A stretch of 64,000 nt of DNA from Octopus vulgaris (taxonomy: Eukaryota), in the NCBI GenBank assembly GCA_951406725.2, contig OX597816.1, positions 74,152,001 through 74,216,000 of the forward strand, in the 5' to 3' direction. Position numbers and translations under genes: made by a program. Below, one piece after another: positions 1 through 13,500 of this stretch. Position 1 is the stretch's first letter, and every line of letters begins with the position of its first letter. Under the pieces are notes generated by a model. That model had not been told where the DNA came from. It was given only the letters and a program-made list of their open reading frames with translations, and ran no database searches.

Positions 1-15
1 TATATATATGTATAT

Positions 16-326
16 GTGGAGGTGCAATGTCCCAGTGGTTAGGGCAGCAAACTCGTAGTTGTAGGATCGCAGTTTCAATTCCCAGACCGGGCATTGTAAG
101 TGTTTATTGAGCGAAAAGATCTATAGCCCCAAGAGGCTCCAGCAGGGAGTGGTGGTAATCCCTGCTGTACTCTTTCGCCGCAACTTTCTCTCACTATTTC
201 TTCTGTCGGCCTGCTCGCTTAGCTAACAGGGTGGCGCCATTTGAAGGCTAAAACAATGAGAAGCGCATTGTGACCAGCGATGTGTAGCAACATCTGATAG
301 CCTGGTTGGTCACATGATCACGTGAT
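16..326 (+). mobile_element. tRNA-derived SINE family A (other copies about 40760-41110+, 41435-41716-, 57407-57790+)
   Basis: Head GGAGGCGCAATGGCCCAGTGGTTAGGGCAGC...GTTTCGATTCCC with A and B boxes, multicopy in the window. Confidence 0.85.
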
Positions 327-451
327 ATGTATATGTATGGTTATATGAAGCTGGTATAGGGTACAGCCATGAACTCACTTTATTTGTCAGGTCTTCGCAG
401 TCACAGCATATCTCCAGAGGTCTTGGTCTTTCGTCATTGCCTCTGTGCATC

Positions 452-713
452 ATCTTTTAGGATGATTATGCACCAATTCACACAGCTAAATTTGTTACTG
501 AATGGCACAAGGAATGTTCTAGTGAAGCTGAACATCTTATCAGGCCACCACAGTCCCCAGATTTCAATAGTATTGAACGTTTATGGTGCATTTTAGAAAA
601 GCAAGTGAGGAGTCGATATCCTCCCCCATCATCACTGCAAGAACTAGAGACAATTCAAACTTTGTAGAATTCAAGCTGAATTTACTGCTAAAGGTGGTTC
701 TACCCCATATTAA
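452..713 (+). pseudogene. Tc1-like (DD34E) transposase C-terminal remnant
   Basis: Frame from 461 reads DDYAPIHTAKFVTEW...PPQSPDFNSIERLWCILEKQVRSR and ends AKGGSTPY*. Confidence 0.85.
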
Positions 714-2450
714 AATAAATATAGAACTTAAATATAGAATTGTAAAATACTTCAAGGCAGTGCTCCAGCATGGCTGGAGTCAAATGCCTGAAGCAAGTGA
801 AAGATAAAAAATGTATATATGCACATACATGCATATACATATCAATATATATGTACATATATATATATCACCTTCATCATTTAATGTATGTTGCCCATAC
901 TGGCATGAGCTGAGCAGTTTGACAAGGGCTGGTAAGGTGGAAGGCTGCACCAGATTCCGGTCTGATTTGGCAGGGTTTCTATGGCTGGATGCCCTTCCTA
1001 ATGCCAACCACTCCAAGAGTGCAATGTGTGCTTTTACGTGCCAATTTGTGTGACACAAGTATCTGCCATAACTATGATTTTGCTTGCCTTGATGGGTCTT
1101 CTCAAGCATGACATAATGCCAAAGGTCTTGTTCATTGCTGCCCTGAGGCCCAATACTCAAAAGGAACTCAGCCACTTCGCCTCTGACCCATGCCAGCATG
1201 GAAAGCAAACATTAAACGATGATGATGAACTATACATATGTGTGTGTTTAGGTCTTTGTGTTTGTCCCCATCACTGCTTGATAACCAGTGTTGGTTTGTT
1301 TACATCTTCATAACTTAGCAGCTCAACAAAAGAGAACCAATAGAATGAATACCAGGTTTAAACAAAAAGTACTGGGATGGGGGAAGGTGATTTGTTTGAC
1401 TAAACCCTTTAAGGTGGTACCCCAGCATGGCCACAATCTAATGAATGAAACAAGCAAAAGATAAAAGACGATAAACTATGGTACCACTGATTGGGTACTG
1501 GTGTTTATGTGAACAGAAACAGCTGTAGTGACTTAAGGGAGATGGGGGTAGAGCAAGGGAGGGTAACAGACAGGGGGTGGATAGGGTGCGGGGGAGGGGG
1601 GGGCAGAAGCTATCAGTGGTGCAATGGTTGTGAAATATTGGTGGTTGCTAGATTATCTCGTCAGCTGTTTTATTGTCAACTCAGTCAACAATGTGTAAGC
1701 GTGTGTATGAATATGTGAGCGTGTGTAAGTGTTTGTGCAAGTGTGTGTGAGTCTGAAAGTGTTTGACTATGTTTATGCTTGTGTGCATATAAGTATGTGT
1801 GTGTGTTCATGTGCTGGTTTTAGGCTTAAGACTGTGGCCATGCTGTAGCACTGTGTATGAGGATGTTATTGATTATGTTACTTCCATTATTTATATTATT
1901 GATCTTCTTTGATTGATAAAGTTATCGTTTATTTAAAGTCATGGCTGGTACCCTACAATCTTTCCCTCTCTTCCCTCTCTCTCATAAATGCACACATTTA
2001 GTATTAATTACTCCATACATATGTGTGTGTTTATAGATGTATATACACACACATGCATACATATATAGATAGATACTCTCGGAGTGGTTGGCGTTAGGAA
2101 GGGCATCCAGCTGTAGAAACATTGCCAGATCAGATTGGAGCCTGGTGCAGCCTTCTGGCTCATCAGTCCTCAGTCAAACCGTCCAACCCATGCCAGCATG
2201 GAAAACAGATGTTAAAGGATGATGGTGATACATATAGATGTATAGATATGTATATGCATGTAAGGTGGTTGGCATTAGGAAGGGCATCCAGTCTTAGAAA
2301 CCCTGCCAAAACAGACAACTGGTGCCTGACCAGCTCTCCAGCCTTGCCAACTCCTTTCGAACCATCCAACCCATATCAGCTTGGAAAACGGGCGTTAAAT
2401 GATGACGATATGCATGTATATGTGTTTATAGGTGTGTATGTATATGTATG

Positions 2451-2482
<32 letters not shown>

Positions 2483-2632
2483 ATTAAGAGAAATAACCTC
2501 TATTGAGTAATTCAGTTGATAGTGAAAGGTATTATCTATATTAAATCATAGAAAAAATATTATTTTATAGAATTGCAAAATTGAATTTTTTCCTGTAGGT
2601 TTGGAATTTTATATTCCCTACTATTATTAATG

Positions 2633-2666
<34 letters not shown>

Positions 2667-2702
2667 CAGTATATATATACACACACATATATGTGCAGAG
2701 TG

Positions 2703-2753
<51 letters not shown>

Positions 2754-2769
2754 TATATATATATGCACA

Positions 2770-2812
<43 letters not shown>

Positions 2813-2828
2813 TATATATATATGCACA

Positions 2829-2871
<43 letters not shown>

Positions 2872-2997
2872 TATATATAAATATATGTACTTCAAAGATT
2901 TAACAAAAACACATCAAACGGAAAATTTTACAAAAACATAACAAACAGAAAATTCATAATATATGTGTGTCTGTGTGTATAAATATACATACATATA

Positions 2998-3451
2998 CAG
3001 GGTGGTGCAAAAGTAGATATACAGTTATGAAAAAAGAAAACATGTACAATACTCATTTATTTTTACAAAAAAAACTAAAAATTATGATAAATGTATTTTT
3101 GTGATTAATGACACTGGAAATATCAAAAATGAGGCTAATTAATTTAATGAACTAATGATTTTAATGAATTAAGTATCCTTTTCTACTCTAGGCACAAAGC
3201 CCAAAATTCTAGGGGAGGGGTCTGGTCAATTAGATTGACTCCACTATGCAACTGGTACTTAATTTATCGACCCCAAAAGGATAAATGGCAAAGTCGACCT
3301 TGGCGGAATTTGAACTCACAACATAAAGACAGACGGAATACTGCTAAGCATTTCACCCGTCATGCTACCATTTCTGCCAGCTCGCTGCCCTTAATGAATT
3401 AAGTATTGTAACACTGATGTGATACTTACTGTATACCTATTTTTGCACCAC
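2998..3451. mobile_element. Tc1/mariner-type MITE with nested SINE
   Basis: TA-CAGGGTGGTGCAAAAGTAGATATACAGT at the left end and its complement ACTGTATACCTATTTTTGCACCAC at the right end. Confidence 0.7.
3177..3390 (-). mobile_element. tRNA-derived SINE family C with 16-bp TSD (other copies about 11822-12018-, 12300-12510+, 12528-12735+, 18338-18555+, 23395-23600-, 32954-33170+, 34200-34395-, 36295-36487-, 63170-63330-)
   Basis: TTAATGAATTAAGTAT is duplicated at 3161-3176 and 3391-3406. Family consensus body GTCGACTTTGCCTTTCATCCTTTCGGGGTCGATAAA. Confidence 0.9.
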
Positions 3452-3612
3452 AAATCATCATTGTGAAGTCACCATGTAACTCACAAGACAAGACCCTCTG
3501 AACTGAGTAGGGGGTGTTGAATTGGGTAGGGGTGGCTTTATGTCAGATGATGAGAGGTTAAAGTAGGATAGAGGACAGAAGCAGATGCTTTGTAATAGAG
3601 AAAATATAAATA

Positions 3613-4523
3613 CCGTAAAAACCCATTTAATTTGTGCACCTGTATAATTTACACAGGTGATTTTCAGGATAAAATTTGTTAAAAAATGCTTCTACTTATG
3701 TAAAATTTGCACCCAAAATTTTCAGAATTGCTGATATGGCCAGGAAAAAAAGGTTTCCAATTTAGTTGTATTTAGCATAATTTCACTTACTTATGGTTAG
3801 TTTTTATTACGTTTTCATTAAATAAAAATGATTTCTGATTAACAGGTATCAGTTTAAAAGCTATTAAATTATAAAGTATTTGTGTTGTTTATAATAAACT
3901 CTATTTTACATTTCTTGCCCACAAGAGATTATGTCCGATCTTTAGCATACTGCTGTATGTCTTCTCAAACCATGATCACAGAAAAAGTTTTTGATAAGGA
4001 TTACTAACAAAAACAAATCTGATAAATATGCACATGTATTGCAAATTAAGTTTAATTACCAATAAACATTAATGGTTTTACAGTTCTATATTTAAGAGAT
4101 GAGGAATTATGTACATTATTTACATTTGATGGATATTTGTCCTCATCTTGTTTGTTGTTAACACAAAGTTTCGGCTGATATACCCTCCAGCCTTCATCAG
4201 GTGTCTATGGGGAAATTTAGAACCTGAGTTCTCATTCCTAAGGTTTTAGTAAATTTATACAGAAAAAGTAAGCATTATACTGTCCAGCATAAATAAAAGT
4301 CAACTTCATTATATTTCAGCCATTATTTTTTCTGTAAAAACCTATTCTCATATTAAATCAGTCAACTTCCAGTACGAATGTTTACATTTTGTACTTCTTT
4401 TTTCAACAAAAAAAAAAATTTCTAAAAACATTCTGGAAACGATCTACTCATAGAATTTATGCACCCCTAAAGTTTATTTTATTTTTGTGAAAAATATGCA
4501 TAAATTACATGGGTTTTTTATGG
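3613..4523. mobile_element. Pogo/Tc1-mariner-type non-autonomous element
   Basis: TIRs CCGTAAAAACCCATTTAATTTGTGCA / TGCATAAATTACATGGGTTTTTTATGG with TA on both sides. Hosts a hammerhead repeat. Confidence 0.75.
4160..4205 (-). ncRNA. Minimal hammerhead, same family, one substitution in the stem III palindrome
   Basis: gacac-CUGAUGA-a-ggcug..cagcc-GAAAC-UUU-guguu, within repeat 4078-4245. Confidence 0.65.
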
Positions 4524-4688
4524 TATATGGTTAACCCTAAATAGAAAAGAGAAAGAATGGTGAAGAGATGTCAGTGCATAATCTTTCTTGCTTCCATTTT
4601 AGAAGATTACATTCTTGTTAATCTATTACTTTATTGTTAATTTATCTAATAATTCCCAAACATTAAAATAATTGAATATTCAACTCAC

Positions 4689-4743
4689 CATATTCCTGGT
4701 TCCAAATGTTCTTTAATTAATTCTGCAGTTCCAAATGAATGAC
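4689..4743 (-). CDS. ESRP1: ESRP coding exon 5: (G)HSFGTAELIKEHLEPGI(C/W); gene continues beyond window start
   Basis: Acceptor ttttcttctttgaag|GT, donor ATATG|gtgagt, 55 nt, phase 1/2. Aligns with ESRP HRFSDPERVNYKFESGTC, which precedes RRM1. Confidence 0.85.
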
Positions 4744-5132
4744 CTTCAAAGAAGAAAATTGTAGCATTAATGAAATCTTCTTCATCTTTTAAACCTTTAG
4801 CACTTAGGATAATCTTTAGCTCTCAGGATAATCTCTGTCAAATCTAATGCCTATTTACATTCTTTGTTTTGAATTTATCATGCATTTTCCCATAGCTTTT
4901 TGATGAAGCAATTACTCTTTTACTTGTTTTAGTCATTTGACTGCAGCCATGCTGGAGCACCACCTTTAGTCGAGCAAATTGACCCCAGGACTTATTCTTG
5001 GAAGCCTAGTACTTATTCTATCACTCTCTTTTGCTGAACCGCTAAGTTAAGGGGACATAAGCACACCAGCATCGGTTGTCAAGCAATGTTGGGGGGACAA
5101 ACACAGACACAGAAACATATACACACACATAC

Positions 5133-5169
<37 letters not shown>

Positions 5170-6452
5170 GACAGGCTTCTTTCAGTTTTCGTCTACCAAA
5201 TCCACTCACATGGCTTTGGTCAGCCTGAGGCTATAGTAAAAGACACTTGCCCAAGGTGCCACACAGTGGGAATGAACCTGGAACCATGTGGTTGGTAACC
5301 AAGCTACTTACCACACAGCCGCTCCTGAAACTCATTCTAAAAATTGTTTATTTTTCGAATGAGGTTGAATATTTGGGCTAGACATGACCTGTTAAAATTC
5401 TAAAGGGTCAATACCCATCTTCCATGCTGGAATGCATTGGAAATGGCATGGGTCATGTATGCATTATCACCATCATCACCTTCTACGTTCCATGCTGGCA
5501 TGGGCTGGACATTCTGACTGGGTCCAAGAACTGCATCATGATCCAGTATGGCATAGTTTCCATGGCTGGATGCTCTTCCTAATGCCAACCACTTTACTGT
5601 GTGTACTGGATCCTCTTATTCAGGACACCAGCATTAGTGAGGTTACGATGTAACCTGCATGACTACAAACCCCAAAAGAAGTTGCTTTGTGCTTGGAGAT
5701 GAGAGGGCTAAACTATGAAAGAAGGGGTGAGAGTAGAACATGTTTCCAGCTGTAGAAGGGCCAGGTGGCTACTCATATTTTAGAAGAGAGATGGGTGAGG
5801 TGGAGCAGGAAAGAGATTAAATAGAGATGATCTGGTATCTGGAAGGACCCTCAGGATATGAGGTGAGAAGAAATGGCAGGGGATCGAGGAATCAGGAGTG
5901 TGGGTGGGAAGAATTTGTAAGAGTGTTAGGAAACGTTAGAAATGGAAAATGGGTGCAAGTATGTTAAATTCAAACTGGCTTAGCCCCCAATTTATGTAAC
6001 AAAGAAATTATGTGGGTACATTTCTCCACCAGAATTTAAAACCAGTGCCAGTTTACATTGGAGAGACTGACCTTTTTAACCCTTTGGGTGCACTAATTAA
6101 TGTTTACTTATACTTGCTAACACAGGACACCATAATAAATAAAAAAATATTTAAAAATTGTATTTGTATATTCATCATCATCATCATTATCATTGTTTAA
6201 TGTCCACTTTCCATGTTGGCATGGGTTGGATGGTTTGACTGAAAACTAGCAGGCTAGGTGGGGTCTACACCAGGTTCCAATCTGTTCTGGCAAAGTTTCG
6301 ACAACTGGATGCCCTTCCTAATGCCAATCACTGCAAGAGTGTAATGGGTGCTTTTTACATGCCACCAGCATGGGAGCCAGTCAGGTGGCACTAGCATCAA
6401 TTTGCATATTTATTCTTTATTTATATATATATATACATACACACACACACAC

Positions 6453-6486
<34 letters not shown>

Positions 6487-6755
6487 TCATCATCATCATC
6501 ATTTAACATCCACTTTCAATGCTGGCATGAATTGGACTGTTTGAAAACTAGCAGGGGTGGGGAGAAGGGCACTAGGTTCCAATCTGATCTGGCAATGTTT
6601 CTACTGCTGGATGTCTTCCTAATGCCAATCACTCCGAGAGTGTAGTGGGTGCTTTTTACACACCACCGGCACAGGTCTTAGAGAGGATTGACAGACTCTC
6701 AGGATTTCTTATTAATAGCTTACATCTCCCAGGAACTTGCTACAAAAAGAGTTAA

Positions 6756-6897
6756 CCCTTTGAGCCCATGATTATGCTTATGTTTCTGTCCATTACCCAG
6801 CCATAAATACAAAACCATACGGCCACTCGTTTTCATGTCTTCCAGGAGTGTCAAATTGAAATCATGCCTGCTGAAGAAGAGTCGTAGATTCAAAGGG
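6756..6897. mobile_element. piggyBac-type MITE
   Basis: TTAA-CCCTTTGA ... TCAAAGGG-TTAA. Confidence 0.7.
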
Positions 6898-6916
6898 TTA
6901 AACAGTAAAAATTGAG

Positions 6917-7576
6917 TGTAACAACACTATGTCCGAAATGATAGTGTCACTTTCTATTTTTAAGTTTATCTCTCCAGATTTTCTATAGAATCCAGAGCTA
7001 ACACTGCAAGTTATGGTTCATATACAAATACATCTCTGCAAAAAGAATGCAATCAAAGATAGGAAAAGTAGGTAATGGGTGTGTAGTGAGTCAAGGAAGC
7101 TCTATTTGGTGGTTGCATATTGGCACAGTTGTGCTTTAGCAACCGTAGCCAATCAGAGCTGGTAGTATACCTATAAAAGCAACAGTCATCAGCCCAGCAG
7201 GAGTGCACCTTTTTGCAGTCAGTCAGCAGAAGGCCTTGACACCACAACTATCAGCAGACAGATTTCTGCAACCGTTAGTGGACAGATCTCCTCAACCAAC
7301 AGCGGACAGATCTTGGCATTTCACACCAGCCTTCATACCACCGGTTACTACCTGTTTGTTTCTCTTACATCCTTAGCACCACAAACTTCTAACCTACTTG
7401 TGCAATTGCAAGTTTCAAGGCTTCCCTTCCATTCCTGCATATATACACTCACTTTGCTCAGCACTTGTCAGCAATCCAAATAAAATTACTATGCTTTATT
7501 AACAAACATGCCTTCTGACATTTATTTCTACATACACTTCATTCCATGTTATATTGTGACATTCGAACATGTTACA
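6917..7576 (+). mobile_element. Probable solo LTR (about 660 bp)
   Basis: TGTAACA...TGTTACA termini with internal CCAAT (about 7150), TATAAAA (about 7172) and AATAAA (about 7478) in LTR order. No clear TSD. Confidence 0.6.
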
Positions 7577-8072
7577 ACTTTGAACCAGTTACAGGTGTAT
7601 ATGCATATTTCAAGAATTATTGTTCTTTCATCAGTTGGTACTGATGAAAGAGCAATCCATTAACTATCCACAAATGGATTGCTTAAATAGTTACTGAATA
7701 CAGCAGTGCAACACTACTGCATAAATCAGTTTACATATTGAATACATTCCTGACAACTGGTATGTGTGTATTAATTGCTAGTTAGAACACAGAAACTGAA
7801 TACTGTGTCCTTACTAACAATTAACACGTTGGCTCCCAAGCCTCATTTCACGTTTTATCCCAGAGTCCCAATACAATCATCATCATTTAACGTCTGTGTT
7901 CCATGCTAGTATGAGTGGGACAGTACCATAAGAGCCGGCCAGGCCAAAACCTGCACCAGACTTCTGTGACTGTTTTGACAGGATTTTTACAGCTGGATGC
8001 CCTTCCTAACACCAACCACTCAGAAGAGTGGACTTAGTGCCTTTTTATGTGGCACAAGCACAGGTGAGGTGA

Positions 8073-8813
8073 TTAATTTTGACATGAGCATTGTAATATT
8101 TTTACACTATACTATATGTGGGGTAAGGATCACATAAGTAGTGTTAGATATCTATGTCCCACTGGAAGGTCATGTGGTACCCTAGTTCATATCACACCCT
8201 AGATACCACAAGACCTATCCATGATCAATTTAAAATTTGGGGTATTTTCTATTGGAAGATCTTGAAATCTTTTCCAAAAGAACTATTTTTGTTTCAGTGG
8301 CAAATAAAATTTTCTCAATACTCAGTCTTTTATTTTACCTCATTACATGATGAAATCAGAAGAAAAAGGAAAAATACATACCAAATCTATAGCAAAATAC
8401 AGTTCTCTTAGTGTAGCAACAGCACAAATCAAAGCAATCGGAGTATTCCAGCTTTCAGAAAACCCATAAGAAAGGAATCGAAAAATGACCCGCTGGTGGA
8501 GTGGGTGGGACTCACTAACATTCCAACACGACCCACCGGCAGGACTTGTGGGAGCCAATGTGTTAATATTTTACCTGTCATGGAACCCAAAATAGTTCTT
8601 TTTGAAAATAATTCAAGATCTTCCAATAGAAGATAACCCAAATTTTTAAACGACCATGGGTAGGTGTGGTATCTAGGATGTCATATGACCTATGGTACCA
8701 TATGACCCTCTGGTAGGACATGGGTATCTAACACTACCTATGTGAACCTTGCCTCACATATGGTATAGTGTAAAAATATTACACTGCTCATGTCAAAATA
8801 ATATGTCACACTC
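8073..8813. mobile_element. Long-TIR foldback non-autonomous DNA transposon
   Basis: Diverged inverted arms of about 240 bp (8076-8312 vs 8565-8799). The right terminus reads GAG on the minus strand, possibly Sola-like. Confidence 0.75.
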
Positions 8814-8915
8814 TATTTTTCAAATAAAGGACTCTGAATGAAACATTATTTATATCAGAATAGCATTGCTCGTTTATTATGCAATTAAGAATTAAATAAT
8901 TTTCTGAATACTCAC

Positions 8916-9005
8916 CACTTGTTACCATTCTGTGTAAAATGCTTGCCATCTCCTGGCATTGATGGACACCATATTCCACAGACTGATCTTGTTTCAGTCC
9001 CAAAT
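8916..9005 (-). CDS. ESRP1: ESRP coding exon 4: (H)LGLKQDQSVEYGVHQCQEMASILHRMVTS(G)
   Basis: Acceptor ttttacttaactgtcattag|AT, donor AGTG|gtgagt, 90 nt, phase 1/1, in frame with exon 3. Aligns with ESRP [30 protein letters not shown]. Confidence 0.88.
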
Positions 9006-9225
9006 CTAATGACAGTTAAGTAAAATGTTTTTTATATTGTTTCAGGAAATAAAAAAAGAATACTTTCAAAATTTTCCTTTACCAATTTTCTAAGACAACA
9101 GGAACAAGGCTGAAAAATTTTCAGTGGAAATTAACATTTCAAAACTAATAATCTCAAGTTACGAAAGGAATAATTACAATATTTATATCTATGCTATTTA
9201 TGTCATGTAGCCATGTTTATTTACA

Positions 9226-9278
<53 letters not shown>

Positions 9279-9367
9279 TGCATGTGTATGTGTGTACATA
9301 GACTAATATTAGCTTAATCTTTACAATGTATATTTACAATACTTATATCTACATTATTACTATTATT

Positions 9368-9399
<32 letters not shown>

Positions 9400-11058
9400 C
9401 TTAGAAAAAATATACAGGGTAGGAAAATTATAGAATTTTTTTCTACTAGTGGCCTAGCATGCAGAAAGTAGTCAATAGACTATATATTATTCATATAAAA
9501 TTAGTGTACATTTAAACACATAAGAGGTGCCAATAATGTGTGTGTGTGTGTATGTATATATATATATATATATATAGGAAGAATTCACAAAAAAAACAAA
9601 AGACGAAGACAGGTGGTGTAGACAACGAACTGTTGTATTAGTATGACACTCAAGAAGTGAAAAAGTCTTTAATGTTTCGAGCCTACACTCTTCCACAGAA
9701 AGAAACAAAGGGAGAAAGTAAAGAATGTGTAGTGGCTATATATATATATATGTAAAAATAATATTAAGATGCTTAGAGAACTTGGGAAACAGAAAGATAA
9801 TATGCATAAGTACACATGTGTGTGTGTATATACACATATATATTTTATGTACGTACAAACATATTTGTGTATGTAAGATATACATGTGTGTATACACACA
9901 CACATCATTTAACATCTACTTTCCATGGTGGCATAGGTTGGACCATCAACTTTACAGTATATTTTTACTACACACACATGCATATATATATATATATATA
10001 TATATAGATAGATAGATAGATAGATATATGTGTAAATATTAAAAAAATGGAACAAACATGCAATAGAGGACGATAAAACATTCAGACAGATAGACGATAC
10101 AAAGGCAGACAGGAGAAACAACAATTAGAAGGACAGGCAAAAAAAGACAGGTCATTTGTAGCTTTCTTTCCTCAGTCAAGTTACCAGAAGTCCTTACTGT
10201 TTCGGGCAGTTACACTTGAGACAATTTGATCTGGTTGCCCCCCAAAAAGTCTAAGCTAAGAGCATTAAATTATTTGTAAGAAAGCTTGCAAATGTGTATG
10301 GCAACAAAGACAAAATCGGAGAACATTGTACACAATTACAAATACAAACAACAAGAATATAACAACAGTTGTCTTTTGATTGAGAATGATAAAAATTGGG
10401 CCGGTGTGTATGAAAAGCCTAAAGGCAGGAATATAGGAGATGGACATAAGAGGTGTTGGCAGTCGGCAGTCAGTTATATATATATATAATAGAAAAACCC
10501 AGTTGAAAAGAATTTGAATCCAAGTAATGGGAGAAATGGATACAGTTTATGATTTTCTTCTCTACTTCCATCTGTCTATTTAAATTCTTATACATAACTA
10601 TTGTAATAAATGCTCAGCAGTATTTCATCTGTCTCTATGTTCTGAGTTCAAATTCCGCCGAGACTGATTTTGCCTTTCATCCTTTCGGGGTCGATAATTA
10701 AAGTACCAGTTCTGTACTAGGGTCGACCTAATCGATTATTTTAACCTCTAACTCAATTAACCTATATAGATATATAATTATATAGAATGCAATTATAATT
10801 AAGGTCACAGAAGTCACTGAGCCTATATACTAGAAGAAGACACCAAATATGTCCAACCACTAGAAGATTCACTTCAATATATACAGGTTGAAAGTGGGAA
10901 AAGTGGATGAACCAAAATTTCATAAAATAATTCTCTGAATTCAATCTGCGTGTATTGAAGTGAATTGTGTAGTGGTCGGATGTATTTGGTGTCTTTTTCT
11001 AATATATAGGCACAGTAGCTTCTGTACCCTTAATTACAATTATATTCTATATAATTAC

Positions 11059-11280
<222 letters not shown>

Positions 11281-12226
11281 TAAATACAATGTACAATGAG
11301 TTATACAAAAGAACAATACTAACAAATATGCTTTTAGCTTTAATGGGAAGTGAAAGTGTCATAATGTTTGAGACATTAATCTTTTGTTAGAAAAAAAGTA
11401 AAGTGTAGAGGGAGTGAGAAAGAAGAATAGAGGGTGAGAAAGAGACCGGAGGAGGAGGAGGAGGAGAAGAAAAGAAGGAGAAAGTATGGCCATGTAGCTG
11501 AGAATAGACTTAGACACATTCTAGTTCTTACACCTGTACCCAACAGAAAATTCAAGAAGTGACAGATGGTGGGAGGGAGGTTGGGTATTGCCAGTAGTCA
11601 GGTGGTATATGGTCAGGAAGAATGGGTGCAGGCGCATCCCCTAAAATTTTGTGGGGACAATGAAAATACTTTGGATATCCTCCTGGAAAACTTCATCGCC
11701 AAAACAAATAATTGTAGAAACAGTTTTGACAGATTTGAAACATTACTTTTTCTGTTATTGGTTTTATCTGATTTGATTGATGTGGAAACATAATAATAAT
11801 AATAATGATAATAATAATAATAATTTCTACTTTAGGCACAAGGCCTGAAATTTGGGGGAAGGGATTAAGTCGATTACATCAAGACCAGCACTTAACTGGT
11901 ACTTATTTAATCGACCCTGAAAGGATGAAAGACAAAGTTGACCTCAGAACAGAGCGACGGGTGAAATACAGCTAAGCATTTTGTCCAGCACGCTAACGAT
12001 TCTGCCAGCTCACTGCCTTTAATAATAATAATAATCATAATAATGATAATAATAATAATAATAATAATGATGACGATGATGATAATGATAATAAACATAA
12101 TGATAAGAAAAATCAAGAGGGTTCTAAGTGCTTGAAAGACTATTGAAAATAGTGGATACCTAAGGTTACAGGTAGTAACCTGCTGCCCAAATTCTACCAG
12201 GAATAAGATTGAACCTGAGTCAAATC

Positions 12227-12258
<32 letters not shown>

Positions 12259-12266
12259 TAATAATA

Positions 12267-12301
<35 letters not shown>

Positions 12302-12734
12302 GGCTGAATCGCTAGCACGCTGGACGAAATGCTTAGCAGTTTTTCGCCTGTCACTGCGTTCTGAGTTCAAATTCCACCGAGGTCAACTTTGCCTTTCATC
12401 CTTTCAGTGTCAATGAATTAAGTACCAGTGAAACATTGGGGATCGATGTAATCGATCACCCCCCCCCCCCACCAAATTTCAGGCTTTGTGCTTATAATAA
12501 AAAGGATTATTATTATTGTTATTATTGAAGTAATGAGCTGGCAGAATCATTAGCACGCCAGGTGAAATGCTTAGTGACATTTTGTCTGTCTTTACATTGA
12601 GTTCAAGTTCCACCAAGGTCGACTTTGCCTTTCATCCTTTTGGGGTCGATAAATTAAGTACCAATGAAACACTGGGGTCAATGTGGTCGACTCATCCCTC
12701 CTCCAAAATGGCTGCCCTTATGGCAAAATTTGAA

Positions 12735-12785
<51 letters not shown>

Positions 12786-12991
12786 CGTTATTATTACTAT
12801 TATTATTATACCTGCGTTTGTGTTGATACTAAGATGGAAAAAAATCAACCTTGTTTGTCAAAAATTTAGGACCTGGGTTTGCACCCTGTAAGTAAATTTC
12901 ATTCCCACGCTTATGTCAAGTGGTGGTCACTTTTCAGGTGATTAAACTGAATCAATGTGAAATGAAGCTCCTTGTCCTCCATTGTGTCCTT

Positions 12992-13500
12992 AAGGACACA
13001 ATGCATTGACCAGTCTAGGAATTGAAACCACGACCTTTTGATCCCACATATTCACTTGAAAGGAAAGGACATAATGCATTAACCAGTCTAGGAATTGAAA
13101 CCACGACCTTTTGATCTGACAAATTCACTTGAAAGGAAAGGACACAATGCGTTGACCATTCTAGGAATTGAAACCATGACCTTTTGATCCCACATATTCG
13201 CTTGAGAGGAAAGGACATAATGCATTGACCAGTCTAGGAATTGAAACCACGACCTTTTGATCCCACATATTCACTTGAAAGGAAAGGACATAATGCATTA
13301 ACCAGTCTAGGAATTGAAACCACGACCTTATGATCTGACAAATTCACTTGAAAGGAAAGGACACAATGCGTTGACCATTCTAGGAATTGAAACCACGACC
13401 TTTTGATCCCACATATTCGCTTGAGAGGAAAGGACATAATGCATTGACCAGTCTAGGAATTGAAACCACGACCTTTTGATCCAACATATTCACTTGAGCC
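12992..13500 (-). repeat. 7 x 73-bp tandem array derived from a tRNA-SINE head (219-bp higher-order period)
   Basis: CTAGGAATTGAAACC at 13015, 13088, 13161, 13234, 13307, 13380 and 13453. Confidence 0.9.

Noticed and set aside
2560-2941. Many ORFs rich in YI/CV/HT/RE (also 10960-11362, 17415-17962, 47306-50569, 60907-61505)
   Set aside because: They are translations of dinucleotide microsatellites, not genes.
4744-4835. Open frame extending about 24 codons upstream of exon 5, with a 19-bp tandem duplication
   Set aside because: ESRP similarity and phase start at the AG at 4745-4744. The extension includes the pyrimidine tract and ends at a stop.
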